Of a stretch of 64,000 bases of DNA, positions 1 to 14,959 are shown in pieces. Within the stretch, counting starts at the first letter, position 1; every line of letters starts with the position of its first letter. This stretch comes from the human T2T-CHM13v2.0 reference genome, Homo sapiens. Made by a program: the position numbers and the translations under genes. The notes below the pieces were generated by a model. The model made no database searches. It was not told the DNA's origin and saw only the letters and a program-made list of their open reading frames with translations. The DNA lies in the NCBI RefSeq assembly GCF_009914755.1, contig NC_060933.1; one strand, 5' to 3'.

Positions 1-1847
1 ACAAAGGACAAAGAAGTAAACTCATTTAAAGAGAGTAGTTACAAAATTTAGACAATGAATGTTCATTACTTGGATAAAAAGTGTGGAATAAGTGAATAAA
101 TAGGAAGTCATTTAGAAATTGCAGTAATACAACCCTTTTCTAGGCTGAAGGCTGGAGTCTCTACATCACAGACACTTGCAAATTTTTATGAGCAACTGAC
201 ATGTGGAAGAACATTTTTTCCTCTTTTGGTTTGCTTTTTGGTATTTTAAAAGTAAAGAATCTTATAAACACCGATGATTTTCAAAATCTATTAATAATAA
301 TCAATGTTATCTACAAAGATAAATAGAATTATTATTATCTATAATATTGAATCTCAGCAGATAAATGAGCAATAACTAGAAAGTTTTGTATTAAACTAAA
401 TGGGCCTACAGTCTCTAATGATCCAATCTCTCTTTTACTTATCAAGGCAACTGAAAGGCCTTCTCAGATATGCAAGTACTCAAAGAGATGCCAGCCACAA
501 TTATTTTCTAAACTTTTGTGACAAGAAAATACTGTTAAAATATATCTACATGATTTCACATTATATGCGTGTTTCTACCAAACCAAGGCTTCCTCCTGAG
601 AAGATGAAAATGGAAGTTTGGGGCGATGAGCAAAATCTAGAATTGAGTGGAAATGAGGTTGATTGGGCAGCAGGATGAGAAATCAGTCGGGGGCTGCATA
701 ATTCCTTGTTGTGCAAGCTGTGTAATTTTATACTTTGTCAACTTTTCCACATCTCAATTTGCATTAGTTTGAAATAAATAACTTAATGAAAACGCATATT
801 TAATCTTTCAAAAGAAGAAAAAAACGCAACATTTATTTTTATTTGTCTATCCAAATATCACAGACTTTTCAGTGGCTAGAATTCAAATGAATATTTTAAG
901 TAAAGGAAACTGCAAATCTTTCAATCAATATGAGTTCTTAAGATCTTTAAGATAAGGAGTGTGGTTTCCAGAATTGGTGATGTGCACTTATGTTGCACTT
1001 GCAAAAAAGTAACTCATTTTCTTCCAAGATGTTGAATGAGCTTCTACTTTATGCAATAATATTTCTGCTGTGTCCCTGACACATTCACTGGAGACATTTG
1101 TTGGAGAAGTGGCTATCAGAACATTTGAGTTGTGTGCGTATGTATTTGCTGTTTTATCGCATTATGTATTTTAACCTTTCTTAGTTAAAAAGTTTTCTGA
1201 GATATAATGCTTCATATGTTATTTATATTGTTAATGATACTACCACTAACATTTTCTTTATTATTTTTCTTTCCATGTAATGTTTTGAAAGCCATCTCTG
1301 AACTTAAAATTTAAAATATACCCATGTTCTCTTCTATTTCTTTTAATGTTTAATGCTAATATTTAATTTTTCATACAATCCTATTGTAGATAAACTATTT
1401 TCCGAGACAAACAACTATAATATAATAGCAAGTATATTTAATACTTACTCATCATTTGCTCTGTTTAAAAGCTTTGCATGAATTATCTCATTCAAGCATG
1501 TCTTAAGTGATTATTATTATTAGCCCTATTTTACAAACAATATTCTGTGGCTTAGAAAGGTTAAGTAATTACCCAAAGCCACAATGAAAGAGAGTTTGAG
1601 TTAAAACCTTACCAAAAACTTTTCGCGTATTCCTGTCATTTTTTAATCCCTAACTTCTTTAACACTCATTTATTAACAGATTTTGGCATTTTATTTACAA
1701 CTATATTTACTTAAATAATTCAAAATGTCAAGATAATGACTACATTTTTTCTTTACAATTACAAAATGATATTTAGGTAACAAAACAGCAATAATTGAAT
1801 AAATTGTGTCAAAGACAACTAAAAATGTAAAATAAAATCTCCACATA

Positions 1848-2205
1848 TGTATTAGTCCATTTTCATACTGCTAAATACCTGAGACTGAGTAATTTATAAA
1901 GAAAAAGAGGTTTAATGGACTCACAGTTCCACCTGGCTGTGAGGCCTCACAATCATGGCAGAAGGCAAAGGAGAAAAAAAAAGCACATTTTACATGGTGG
2001 CAGGCAAGGAAGCATGTGCAGGGAAACTGCCCTTTATAAAGCCATCAGATATTGTGAGACTTTTTTACTATCACGGGAACAACACGGGAAAAACCTGCCC
2101 CCATGATTCAATTACCTGCCACTGGGTCCCTCCCACTACACATGAGGATTATGGAAGCTGCAATTCAAGATGAGATTTGGGTGGGGACACAGCAAAACCA
2201 TATCA
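1848..2205 (-). mobile_element. THE1 (ERVL-MaLR) solo LTR
   Basis: TGTATTAGTCC...CCATATCA is the reverse complement of the THE1 LTR ends; 358 bp; 5-bp TSD ACATA at 1843-1847 and 2206-2210. Confidence 0.93.
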
Positions 2206-4739
2206 ACATATAATTGATTTGTGCTGTTTAGCCACAAAAATGTTTTAAATATTCAGGCTATTTCCACTACAGATAATATACGAAACAAGGTAAGTGGCTA
2301 TTTAATATACTACCTGGCCAGAACTATTTAAAGACATATTCAGTAGCAATTTATATATAAATATTTTATATAATTTTGCATTACAACATTTCATTTTCCT
2401 TTAATAGGAGAGAGTTAGATTCCTTATAGACAAGAAAAAGGATGCACTGGGATCAACCCAGTTTGCATTATAATTATTTTCTTCTCCTACTACTATTTTC
2501 TTCATCTAATATATCTTTGCCTTTTTTTCTTGTATTTTTCAGCCTTGGCAATACCGTTTACTTTTATATCATATTTTGCTCTTGTCTGTCATACACTGAA
2601 ATCTTTTTTCATATTTTTTTCTTTGTTTAAGCAGCCTCTTTCACAATGAGACTGCATGCTGTCTAAAGAAGTAGTTTCTTTGAAATGTAGCCATTGACCT
2701 CAATGCTGCCTCTTAATTTGGGGGTGATACTAAGAACAAAACAAGAAAATTGTTAAAAAAAAAAAAATGCTCACTGGATGCACTTGTGTCCTAGTAGTTC
2801 CTTTCTGTTTCTTCAGGAGGAATATAGAATTTCACTTCACTGTTCAAAATATTCCTTATCTACTTTTACATATTCCAAGTTTACTTTTCTTTAGCAACCC
2901 TGGTTTTCTACAATGCATATGATGACATTTGCCTCCTGGTTACTTAACATCTCTTTGACCACTTCTTTTCATTTATAGGAAATTTTAACACCTATATGAT
3001 AAAGTTAAGAAGATATGTTTTCTGTAATAACTGGACAGAAATACTAATTGTCACCTTTATAATTTATAAATACCATATTTGAATAACACACTTTCTTAAA
3101 AATGTAAACGTATCTCCTGAAAAATAATATGCCTTTGAAAGCCTGTACTAGAGATACTAACCAAGGTTTATTACTAATTCATAACTGCTTTTCTTTAAAA
3201 CTCATAAATTATTGATTCCATAAGAGGAATGTGGCACATACAGACTGCTACAAAACAATGATATACAAGAACACTATGAGAGAGACAGAGATGCACAGGG
3301 CTTGCTGGGAGAAAAAGAACCCCACCCCGGAGCTTACAATGATTGAAAAGAAGAAAGAGAATATGACAGAAACCACCAGACCACTGCAGAATTCAGGGAA
3401 AAGAGGACTAAATGTTAATATAATTCAGTAAAAATAGGAAGAAAAAATGATGGTTATAGAATAGAGAATTTTAGAAATACAGCCTGTAAGATTTAGTAAC
3501 CTCTGGTACCCAATAGTGTGGGCTAGAGGCTCAATCTCAACAAATTAAGGATGGGACTGCCATGGCCAGGACCTGCCCCAGGATGCTAGGAGTGGAGGGC
3601 ACCAGGAAGCAATCAGGTAGGTCTAAGGGGTCACAGAGCAGATGGATGAGAAATTATCAGAGAAGGCAAGAAGGTGGCAGGAGGCAGGCCCTTGGAGTCC
3701 AGGCTCCAAGCCTCAAGCACATATTCCCTCATCCAGTTGGATTTCACTTACGAAGTTCAAATTCAAAGAGAAAATCGTTAAGGATTTGGAAGTGAAAACT
3801 GCAGGACCTTAAGCCCCAAGTAGAAAGGCCCTTCTGAGCTTGGGGCCCTGTGCAACTCCACTGGGTACGTCGCCATGATGTCCTGGTGCTGGACAGTATT
3901 CTAGGTGATATATTATTGACCAAAAAAGGGACAAAAATAACCCTCACCAGCATGAAGTTTATACTCTCCTTATTGGTCAGACCTTCAACAAAATCAGTAT
4001 ATTTCTAATAAGTTCAAAGATGGAAATTTCTATAAAGAAAAATAAATCAAGGAAGGATATTGATTGCCAAAGAAAGGTGGCATAAAAACAGTAATAGAAG
4101 AACAGTAACAGAAAAACAGATTTTTTTTTAAATCCTGATAATAAAATTATCAGGAAATTATACTGCCATAGTGCGGGATAATTTGAAGTCACTGTATAGA
4201 GTCCTGCTTTGGGTGACTTTTTATTGTATATGATATCAAATAAAAGAAAACTATATTGCAAACAATATCAAATAAAGGAAAAGCATATTGCCTAATGATA
4301 TAATGTTTATGCATATATTTAATTTGTAGAGTTTTTAATGCTTTCTGGGATTTTATAATTTTTCTCAATGAAAAATGATGTTCTTTTTTAATGTAATCAA
4401 TTATGTTTGATCTTTGTCATTAGATAATAAATGAGCAAGTTTCCTAAGTAGGACCAGGGTACACTAGAAACTATGAAAAACATATTGCTATGCCCTCTTC
4501 TGCTCCTCCAGAGACATCGTGTTCCTGTTTCCCTTATTCTACATCTCTGTATAAATGTATGTCAGGAAGTAGCTGGTAATATTGAGCACTCCAAATAACA
4601 AAGGCATGATGAGGCTTAATGTGTTATCATGCAGTGAGTATTTGCATAATTCGTTTAATATTTTTACTTAGACTTATTTATTACAATATTATGATTTAAT
4701 ATGTCAAGTAAAACAACAAGACATTTTTATGAAAACTAT

Positions 4740-5900
4740 TCTTCTCACTACCCCTTTCTCTTCCTTAGAAGTCACCTCTTTCAATTCTTTTAGCTAATAA
4801 TTTGGCATTTGTCTGTATGTTTCTAAATAAGATATTTACACAGCTATTTCTTGGTTTTCACTTTCCAAAAATATCTGGCATGGATGCAGCTGGTTTCTTA
4901 CATACCAAACTCAAAAACACGTTTCCCATTCCTCCATTTCCTCAACTGCATTATGTAATCATGGTTGTTAAAGGCAGTTTTTGGTGTCAATGTCTTTATT
5001 ACACAAGTAAAAGTTATTGCGGAAGCACATCATGATTCAATTTGTTTCTATATACAACTTATTTTCTTGCAGTAATAATTATTTTTGTTTTGTTTGCATT
5101 GTTCTTTGTATCTTAACATACCAATAACTGATTCCTAAGCTGCCCTTCATAATTATGAACTTCATCTTAAAACATTAAAAACCATCACATATCCTATTAG
5201 ACATTTGTTTGAAAACATCCCTCCTGGAATCTTCTATCTTCTGCTCAAATCTTAGCTGCTGTTTTTCCAAACTCACTGCAAGGCTGTTATCTCACTCTTC
5301 ATTTTCCTTCTTTGGAGATTCTCTCTTAGCTGTAGTTCTAGCCCCTTGTTTATGATAATACATTTTCCTCTTTTAATTCATTATCTCATTTTGACAAAGT
5401 GCCTCTTTCAGTGGCATCCTTGGAAAGGGTGTAAGGAAGGCTAAAGGAGTATTTTGAATATCCACAAATGTCTCCAATCTGCTCTTACAACTATTTCTAT
5501 TAGGCCAACTACAGAATTCTAGGTTCAAAACAGATTGTAATTAATTGCTCCATTGTCTTCTCTAGTTTCTAGTATGGCTTCTGGAGACACTCAGTACCAT
5601 TATGATATGGCTTTTTAATCAATTCTCTAGACATTTAATTTCAATCTGAAAGTGCATGCTCTCTGTTCTTCAAAAATTGTTAAAAGTATTTGATAAGTGT
5701 CCCCCTTCCATTTTCTCAGTTCTCTCTGGAACTTAATTTTTCAGATGCTAGGCCTCCTAAATTTATTTCCTAATTTCATTTTTTTTCTTTTACTCTCCAT
5801 CTCTTTGCTCATTTTTCTACTCTTGGAAAAATATCTCAGTTTTATTTCTAATTATTTCATGTTTTGGTTGCTCAAAGCCAATTTCCTCTAGTTTGTTGAT
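4740..5900 (-). mobile_element. Very degenerate ancient L1 (L1ME/HAL1-like) fragments
   Basis: T-rich sequence with motifs typical of old L1 antisense strand (e.g. acagaattctaggtt, cagatgctaggcctcct); boundaries approximate. Confidence 0.35.
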
Positions 5901-6378
5901 ACAGTGAACTTTCTTTTGCAGGTACTGTGCAAGATTAGTTGCCAGCTGTACCAAATGTAAAACAGAATCAGGTAACAAACAACATCTTCCACAAATTTTC
6001 AAAAAACCTCCATTTGCATTTCCACTTGCAGTGATCCTTGTTGTCTTCTACATCTGAACATTTCTGTGGCCAGGTAGTGGGTTACCTCTCTTCTGCATTC
6101 CCGTGACTGCTAGTTTAGATTTCAAATTTCTCTAGCATTTGAAGTCACTGAATACTTACCTGTTTTCCCAGTTCCACAAATGTGTTGCAGTCATACCCTC
6201 TCCCATTCTCTTGTTCCTGTGGGTCTATTCTTTCACTGTAGTAATTTCAGTAAGGATTTGGAGAAAGCAAAGGTAAAAGCACGAATTCAATTCTTTGTGC
6301 TCAACAGAATGTCCTGGTACTTAACTCTCTATTTTTGGATTTCAGAAATAATTCCTCATTTAAAATAACTATGTTGCA

Positions 6379-7365
6379 GATCCAAGATGAATGGCTAGAA
6401 GCAGCTAGTGCATGCCTCTCTCATGGAGAGGAAACAAGATAGCAAGTACTTATTAACTCTTCAAGTGGATCATCTAAGAGATCATGCTGGGCTTCACCAG
6501 GGAAACAATGGGAACTCTGGAGAGCAGAGAGGAGTAAAGCCAGGCAGCTGCTGACCCAGGACCAGCACAAAACTGGGGAGGCTCCTTAATGTGGGTAAAG
6601 GGTGAGTGAGTGAGAGATGCCCAGGGATCCACACCTCCACCACAGACCTCATTAATCCTAGGCACAGGAGAGCCCCCAGATCTACCATGGGCCTCTAGAC
6701 CAACACAGAGAGCCAATTAGAGCCGGTGCACAGGCACCACTCAAGTCTACATGGAACACCACAGGGTTTTGATCCCTGAGTAGCCCAGCACCAGCTGCCA
6801 CCACCCTGCCAAAAAGGGAGGCCAGGCACTTTTATGCACCCCCCCAGGACAGATGCCACAGCCAGGGCACTGAGGAGCAGCCAGACTGCATACCAGGTGA
6901 CTCCCAACTTCCACTGCTCCCTGCCAAATAGGGCTTGCTGGCTTGGGCTCCCAGTGCACCTGCCCCACCCCCACCAGAACACTGCTCAGTGCTCCTCTGA
7001 GAGTACAACTCCCAGAGGTTGCTGACAAGCCCTTTGCAATTTTGGCCACTGCCACTGCCTCCACTCCTTCCACTCCTGGCCCAGGAAGGGAACAGGGAGG
7101 CTGAACACTTTTGCATGGCCCAGGTATAGATGCCGCAGCTGAGATATGGAGAAGCAGTGGACTGACTGCAAGCCCCATGATACCCTACCTCCACTGCTCC
7201 CTGGCATATGGGTTTTGCTGGCTTCAGTGATAGACCCTCAATCCAGTTTGTCAGTCCATGCCTGAATTGTATGGTCACAGCTTGGCATTCCTCTGAGATA
7301 CCAACTCCTAGAGTTTGCCAACAAGCCTTTCCCTGGCTTGGTAGGTGCCCTTACCCACCCCAGAC
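6379..7365 (+). mobile_element. Isolated 5'UTR of an older primate L1 (L1PA13-16/L1PB-type)
   Basis: Starts GATCCAAGATG..CTAGAAGCAGCTAGTG like an L1 5' end; GC-rich; internal diverged repeat 6816-6944 vs 7095-7224; no ORF1 follows. Confidence 0.7.
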
Positions 7366-7559
7366 CAGGGAGGAAATGTTGAGACCTGTCACCTTTGCAT
7401 ATCCTCAGCAGCAAAATCAGTGCCACTTCTGTGGAGGGGAAATGGGAGCATGCTATGTGCTCCCGGGCTGTGCTGAAATATATTTCCTGGTACAAGAGCG
7501 TTTCTTAAGCTCCCCACCCCTCCCCAATTTCCCAGGAGCAGGACCAAGAAAGAGGGAGG

Positions 7560-7775
7560 GATAAAGGATGCTTCTCCCAGCTAAAAGGGCTCCCTGAAAG
7601 CCGCCTTCTATGGTTTCCTTATCTCATATCGGTTCAAATTTTGTCTCAATGCCATGTCTAGATTTAAGAAAGACTGGGAAGTAGTGTCATTTAGCTGAAA
7701 ACATCAAGTCCCTAAGAAATATTGAGAATCTGCTACTAAAGAAAAAGGAAATTGATATTACGTGACAACTATTAT
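7560..7775 (-). mobile_element. Old MLT1-type LTR fragment
   Basis: gactgggaagtagtgtcatttagctg...tgctactaaagaaaaagg resembles old MLT1 LTRs; boundaries approximate. Confidence 0.4.
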
Positions 7776-8519
7776 GGCAGCTTTGGAAGATGCTTTCTTC
7801 CTTCAGCTTTTTCCACTGATGGCTAATCTGTAAACCTTCATATTTTTGCCCTCTTATTTTCTGCCTCTGTGGCTTCCTCTTCCCACCTTATCTTCATATG
7901 CTTTCCACTTCCTTACCTAACTATAATATAAAACTAATATATCCTTTATATTATTTACTATAACTTACTTTACGTTTCCATTAGCTTTGAAAGTGGTGAG
8001 CCTGATTATTTAATAATTTTTCATCTAAGGAACTTGATAAACTGAATGATTCTGCCTTTGCTTTATATAATTGTCTTATCTTTTGCCTCCCTTTTGGGTT
8101 AGGTTAGCCATAAAATAAAGACAATCTCTGACTTTTTCTGATAATACGGTGAGAAATGCCTGGCTTCTTCTCCTTCATTCCCTTTCCATATATAACTTTT
8201 AACCTCTGTGTTCATAGCTGTGAATCTTCTTTGTCTTTAAAGTGTTAATTCCTGTTTGTGAATTCCAACACTTAATCATATGTTAAATAAAATGTATCTT
8301 TTCACACTTGAGTTTTGTCTGTATGATTATGCTATTATACTAATTATATGCTTCTGAAAATATCTTGCAAAAATTGTAAGGTGTGTGGAGTAATAATGTA
8401 TTATCTGCAATTTCAGAGAAAATAAAAACAAATTTTGTGTTATTTTAATCATATATAATTAAAGATTAGCAGCTGGGTAAAACATCTAGAAAATTATATC
8501 CAATCATTCCTCCCTATAG

Positions 8520-8710
8520 CTGTGGTTGTCGAACTATAATGTGCATAAGGCTTACTTAGAGTCCTTGTTAAAACTGGAAATGCATAGGCCTCATCTCTAG
8601 AGACTCTGATTCAGTAAATGTAATGTGGGGCCCCCAAAACTGCATTTTAAATCAGCACACAAAGATCTGCAGATAGAATACCAGTTGTGATCTAAGAGAA
8701 AACAGAATGT
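8520..8710. mobile_element. MER5-like hAT-Charlie MITE
   Basis: cttgttaaaa...agagactctgattcagtaaatg...ggggccc...ctgcattttaaa core typical of MER5A. Confidence 0.65.
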
Positions 8711-8885
8711 GGAGTGATAGACCAAGGCTATAGGTGCTAAAACCAAATAAACAACAGAAAAAGAAGAGGTCAATGCATCTATGTTAAAAGCCTCTGTATT
8801 TAAGAGAATATACATGAGAGGAAAAGTGATTATACAGTAACTTTCCAATTTTGAGATGAAATTAAAGGAAAAGGGAAGATAATTA

Positions 8886-9269
<384 letters not shown>

Positions 9270-9519
9270 TCAGAGGTTAACTTATACCAGTATAAAATTT
9301 GGCAGACACTGATATTATATAACTGATCATAAACTATAAGTAACTGATTACTATCAAATAAGAACAATATAATGATTAGATTGATAATACAAAAAGATAA
9401 TGGTTAGGTTGAGGATCATCGAAAGACTATGCACTAATTTCTACACTATGTAAACAAAAGTTTAGTTTTTAAGATTTCTACTTCTGGAGTCAGTTCTAAT
9501 ATCTACTAGCTATATTAAC

Positions 9520-10160
9520 TTTAACAAAGTCTAGCTTATCGACTATTTCTTTCATGGATTGTGCCTTTGGTGTTGTATTTAAAAATTCATCTCCATACCC
9601 AAGGTCATCTAGGCTTTTCCCTACGTTAACTTACAGAGGTTTCACAGTTTTACATTTTACATTTAAGTCCATAATCCATCTTGAGTTAATTTTTGTTAAT
9701 GGTATAAGGTTTCCATCCAGATTCTTTTTTTTTTTATTTGCATATGGATGTCTGGTTGTTTCAGCATGATTTGTGAAAAACAAAAACATCTTTGCTCCAT
9801 CATATTGCTTTTTCTGCTTTATCAAAGATTAGTTTACTATATTTGTATGCATCTATTTCTGTACTCTGTATTGTGTTCCATTGATCTATTTGTCTATTTT
9901 TTACAAAAGTACTATGTTGTTTTGATTCTGTAGTTTTATAATAGGTTTTGAAGTCAGGTAGAGTTAGTCTTACAACTCTGTTCTCCTTCAATTTTGTGCT
10001 GGCTATTTTAGGTCATTTGCCTCTCCATATAAACTATAAAATCATTTTGTCAAGACCACAAAATAACTTGCTGTGATTTTTATTAGGATTGCATTGAATC
10101 TATAAATCTATAGATCAAGTTTGGAATAATTGACACCTTAAAAATATCGAGTCTTTCTAG
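9520..10160 (-). mobile_element. Old L1 (L1MB/L1MC-like) ORF2 fragment
   Basis: Minus-strand ORFs give L1 ORF2-like peptides (LTLPDFKTYYK, IDQWN, LIFDK, TKINSRWIMDLNVK). Confidence 0.9.
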
Positions 10161-13100
10161 TAACTATATTATAACAGATAATTTATTTAAGTCTCAGCTG
10201 TGTCAACATAAAATCAGGATTACATGTTAATAAATGCATGAGGTTACGATGATGACTAAATAAGACAATGTAGGTAATGTATGTCTACTGCATGAATGTT
10301 CAATATTATTATACTTACAACACACTCTTTCATATTGCCCAAAGTTGTGACTAAGAAATAAACAAGGATAAATTCAAATAATAAATTCTCGTGTTCTACA
10401 GCTACTGGGTCAGGGGACGATTGCTGAACAAAAGCTTTGTCTAATCCTGTGCTAAGAACATTTTCCCCTGGAGGGATCCATTTGCCTCTCAAATCTTGGC
10501 TGTCTTGAGAAAATTATTTGGAGTGAAATGCATGTGGAAATGAATTAAATCCTCTGACCATGGATTGCCAAGATTGCCTTCCCTGTAGCTACTTAAAACT
10601 GTCACTCTCTCATACATGTAATAGCGCCTAGAAAAGGAAAAAGGCTTAGATCTCTTCCAAAGGAAAATCCTCCATTCCTGCATCTATTTATCTGAACCCC
10701 AACATTGTCATGGGTTTCCTTGGGCCTGGGAAGATTAACTGAACAATTATATCCCTAACTCTTTCCTGCCTACAAACTTGGATTCAAAAATAGGAGAGAA
10801 TATGTATTATTTTATCTCATAGCTGATCTGTAGCTATGAATCAACTGAATCTAGTTTACTTGTCATCTTAAAGCAGGTACAAATTATCCTATTTAGTTTC
10901 ATTTTATGTTTCATAATTGAATACCTCAATTAGCTAGTTGCTAGAAGGAGATAGCAAAAACTAGAATAGCAGAACCATCTGGGTTCATTCAGTGTAGGAT
11001 ATCTATAAATGTCACAAAAATTCAATGGCTGTCATTGTCATCCCTCTGCTGGTGGCAACCAAATCTGTATTTCCAGCCCCAATATCTCTCCTGAGTTTGA
11101 GATCAATGGATTGAATTGCCTCCTGGATTTCAAACTGCTACTCAATTAATCATTCAACCATCCCCAGAGGTGTTCCTTCCAGATTGGTTTTGAATACATG
11201 ATATGGTGATGACCAGTTACCAAGCCCTACACTTATTCTCTGTCTACTTTTTAATATCCACACTAGCAGTCCTTAACTGTGGTCCCCTTCACCTCTTGTC
11301 CGGATTGCTAAAGCTTCCCCTTAAATTATTTCCTTTCACTCTTTTGCCTACTCCAACTTATTTTCTATATTATCAGTAGATTGATGTTTTAAACAATTCC
11401 AAAATTCTCCCTTCTATGGGTTACATCTTCCCATGACTACAGATAAAAATTAAATTTTATTTCCTTGGCATTGTACATTTTAGTGTGATCTTTGTGACCT
11501 CACGCCAGCTTAACTATACGGTTTCATCTGCAACTATCATCAAAGCCCACTAACCAATGGCCACCACACAAGTTTAGTCAAAGCTATTAAGGTTTATTGC
11601 AGCTTCCTGCAGCAAGGGAGAATACACATCAGAGGAACACAGCGCTTTTGTCAAAGAAAGTTAGGAGAGGCTTATGATAATATTCCGACATGTGCAGAGA
11701 GATTCTAAAGCAGATTTAGAGAAGTGCAGACAATTCTGGATAGGATGTTGTCAAGTACCAGGAACAAGTCAATGACTGGATATCCTTACATGTTTTTTAA
11801 TCTGGAAGACAAGGCATTCAAAGTGGAGCTAAAATTATCACTAGTAAAGAAACAGTAGTCACTTTTGCTTGCCTTTGGAAGGGGATGTTTAGTTACTGTG
11901 ATTGCAAGGTAGGTGTCCTTTCTTTGTCTTATTCTAGTGTGGTCACAGAGTGGCCTTGCCTGAGTATTGGTTCTATTCTAAGAAAGTTGTTTATGTTTAG
12001 TTGGGACAATTAAGGCAAACTGTTAGCTTCCAGCAGTGAGCTGCTAGGGTCATTTTTCACTTTCTCACTACCCATGTCTAGTTCTACATCCGGGTCTACT
12101 AAACAATTTGCAGCCCCTTGAAAGACTTGCATTCTTTCTAATTTATGAGTCTTGACAGAAGCAGTTTGGAAAGCTTGAAAAACATCCACTGCACTTTTTC
12201 CAGGATTTCCTCCTACTCATTCTTTAGAATTCTTTCCCCCTTCTTATGTGTGTGCACACATGCATTAATATATATTCAAGAAAATGAGTATATTCACATT
12301 ATTTTACAAAGAAAAAAACAAATGAATTAAGTAAAATAAAGTGATCTTTAATTCATTCATAAGCCATCTCATTCTTCTTCCCAGATTTAATCACTCATAT
12401 TGCTTATATAATTATAGGATTTTTTTCTATACACGCTTATGTATAAATGTAGTTTTACTCACTCAATAACACACATATTCAAATGCTTAGAATACAGTTT
12501 CTAATGTTGTTTAGCATGCTTTTTTAATAGCCCTTAAGAATGTTTTGAAAGTGTCTATATGTTTATCTATATCATTCCCTCATCAGAATGCAATATCATG
12601 GGTCTCCTCGGTGCCTGATGAATCTCAATAATGCCTGCACAATGCTGGACACAGAGTAAGTCCTCTTGATAAATGTATAGGGAACTGTAATAGAATGCTA
12701 TAAACTACTTCCATAGGAAACCAAATTATTAGAAATCTCCTCTTATAAGCATGAACTCAGAGTCAAGGGAGTTTGTTTTAGAAGTCAACTAATATAGCTT
12801 CAGGCCCTCCCACTCATTTTGACATGCATATTAAAGTTTGTTTCACAAAGATTCCACTACCCCTAAGCATTCTAGAATCAGCATTTCCAATGTTCCCTCC
12901 ATATCAACTCCTCTGTGGAGTGTTTGTGCTCACAGGCCTCCTGCAGTACATATTGGCTTACTTTATATTGTATATGAAACAACAGCTTAGGGACTCAATT
13001 GTTCAATCACAACCTTGTTATAGAGTTTACACCTTTGATAATTTCAAAATTTATCTTTTTGAGGTTAGGGATATTCTCAAATTTTTCAGGCAGAAGGCTT

Positions 13101-13175
13101 AAAAATATAAAGAAATGATGTACAGTTTAACATGTCTTCTCCTGTGACATTTAACATATTAATTGGCTCAATAGA

Positions 13176-13500
13176 GGCTGGGCTTGGTGGCTCACACCTG
13201 TAATCCCAGCACTTTGGGAGGCCGAGAAGGGTGGATGGATAACTTGATGTCAGGAGTTCGAGACCAGCCCGGCCAAAATGGTGAAACCCCATCTCTACTA
13301 AAAATACAAAAATTAGCCAGGCATAGTGGCACGTGCCTGTAATCTCAGCTACTCCAGAGGCTGAGGCAGGAGAATCGCTTGAACCCAGGAGGCAGAGGTT
13401 GCAGTGAGCAGAGATGGCGCCACTGTCCTCCAGACTGGGTGACAAAGCAAGACTCCCTTTCAAAAAACAGACAAATAAACGAACAAAAAACAACAAAAAA
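13176..13500 (+). mobile_element. AluS
   Basis: Full dimeric Alu followed by a mixed A-rich tail. Confidence 0.97.
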
Positions 13501-13821
13501 CATTAATTGGTTAATTGAAATTTTGATCAGAACCAAAAATAGGCAACTAGAGATAGCCTCTTTGAAGTACAGATATTCAGTATCACTGACTTTTTATAGA
13601 TCCACATTTTTTAACACTAGACATAAATTAAAACATTAAGGACTTTTAACATTAATTACACATTTTATAATATTTAACCTCAATGAATCAATATGTGGCT
13701 GGTGTAAATAAGGGCAAATATCAAATACTGATATGGAAATCAACAGATTTGTTTATATAATTGAGCAAGGCTGTTCAGAATTTGAAACTCTAGAATATAC
13801 AAAAAAAAATGAATTGGAATG

Positions 13822-13843
13822 GTGTGTGTGTGTGTGTGTGTGT
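13822..13843. repeat. (GT)n microsatellite
   Basis: Direct reading. Confidence 0.9.
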
Positions 13844-14959
13844 TTTCATGTGTGTTCACAGGCAGAAAATATACAAAACAAATGCTATCAATGTTTGCTT
13901 TTGAGCATAATGTAAATGAATGAATTTACCTGCATAATAGAAAGACTGACATTAGAAAATATATTTTCCCCAAACTAAATTAATTGAACTATTAGATAAA
14001 ATTGTTTGAATTATTCAGATAAAATTTCCCACCTGAAAGAAATTTGAGTTTGGGATAAGATTATATGAATAACAACCTGCATCAAGAATTCCTTAGTAAT
14101 TTTTTGGTCCCCTTAAAAACACGTATATCTCCAAATGCATTCTGAGTTTGGGGAATAGAATTGAACTCTCTTGGAAGTTAGAAGAAACTTTGTATCTTGC
14201 ATTATGCTGGCTTATGCTGGCGAATGAACTATGTCTTGCTGTAAGTAATTTGTTGAGGACATAGGAGAAAGTCATATCCACTAAAGGAAGATTATATAAT
14301 CACTGAAATATAAAAGGACTTTCTCTTGTTAGCTATGAAAGACCAAGATTAGAATAGCAAAATGTTCTATGCAAACTGTGTCAAATGCTGAAGAGCAAGC
14401 TAATGAATTGTGGGATAATTATGCATGCTTTTATAAAGAATGTGAGATATTAAAGGCTGGAATGTGATTAGAACATAATTTTTCCAGATTTTAAGATGTT
14501 GTGTTTTAATCTTTTAAGTTGTTCTACCAAACTTCTAGTTTTCAAACATGTATTTCAAATGCAAAAGAAATAATTGTTTCAAAATAAGAATAAGATTATT
14601 ATTTTCAAGGCTAACACCTTGAAAATATAACACATCAACAACACAGGGAATCTTTTTTATTTTTCTAGGACTGAACTTATACCCAATTAAGCTAAAAGTT
14701 ATTAATTTGGATTTCAGGGGGTTTAATAATATATTTAACAATATTAAGCTATTTTTATCCACATATCTTTTGTGGAGATCTATTTTAAAAAGACATTATT
14801 TTGCCAGTTCAACTATTCTACAGATAAGACTTTAAAATAACTAGTCTTGACTTTGAAATAAAATTCTCCAAATATATGAGAAAATAAAATATTCTGAAAT
14901 AAGAGAAAACATTTCTATTAATTATAATACCTGGAATAAATGCATTAGGATACACAATG

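Noticed and set aside
11041-11058. CTCF-like motif (reverse complement gccaccagcagaggga)
   Set aside because: Imperfect single motif beside L2-like DNA; cannot be supported without ChIP data
11530-12070. Possible old ERV LTR
   Set aside because: LTR-like composition, but I could not assign family, termini or TSD
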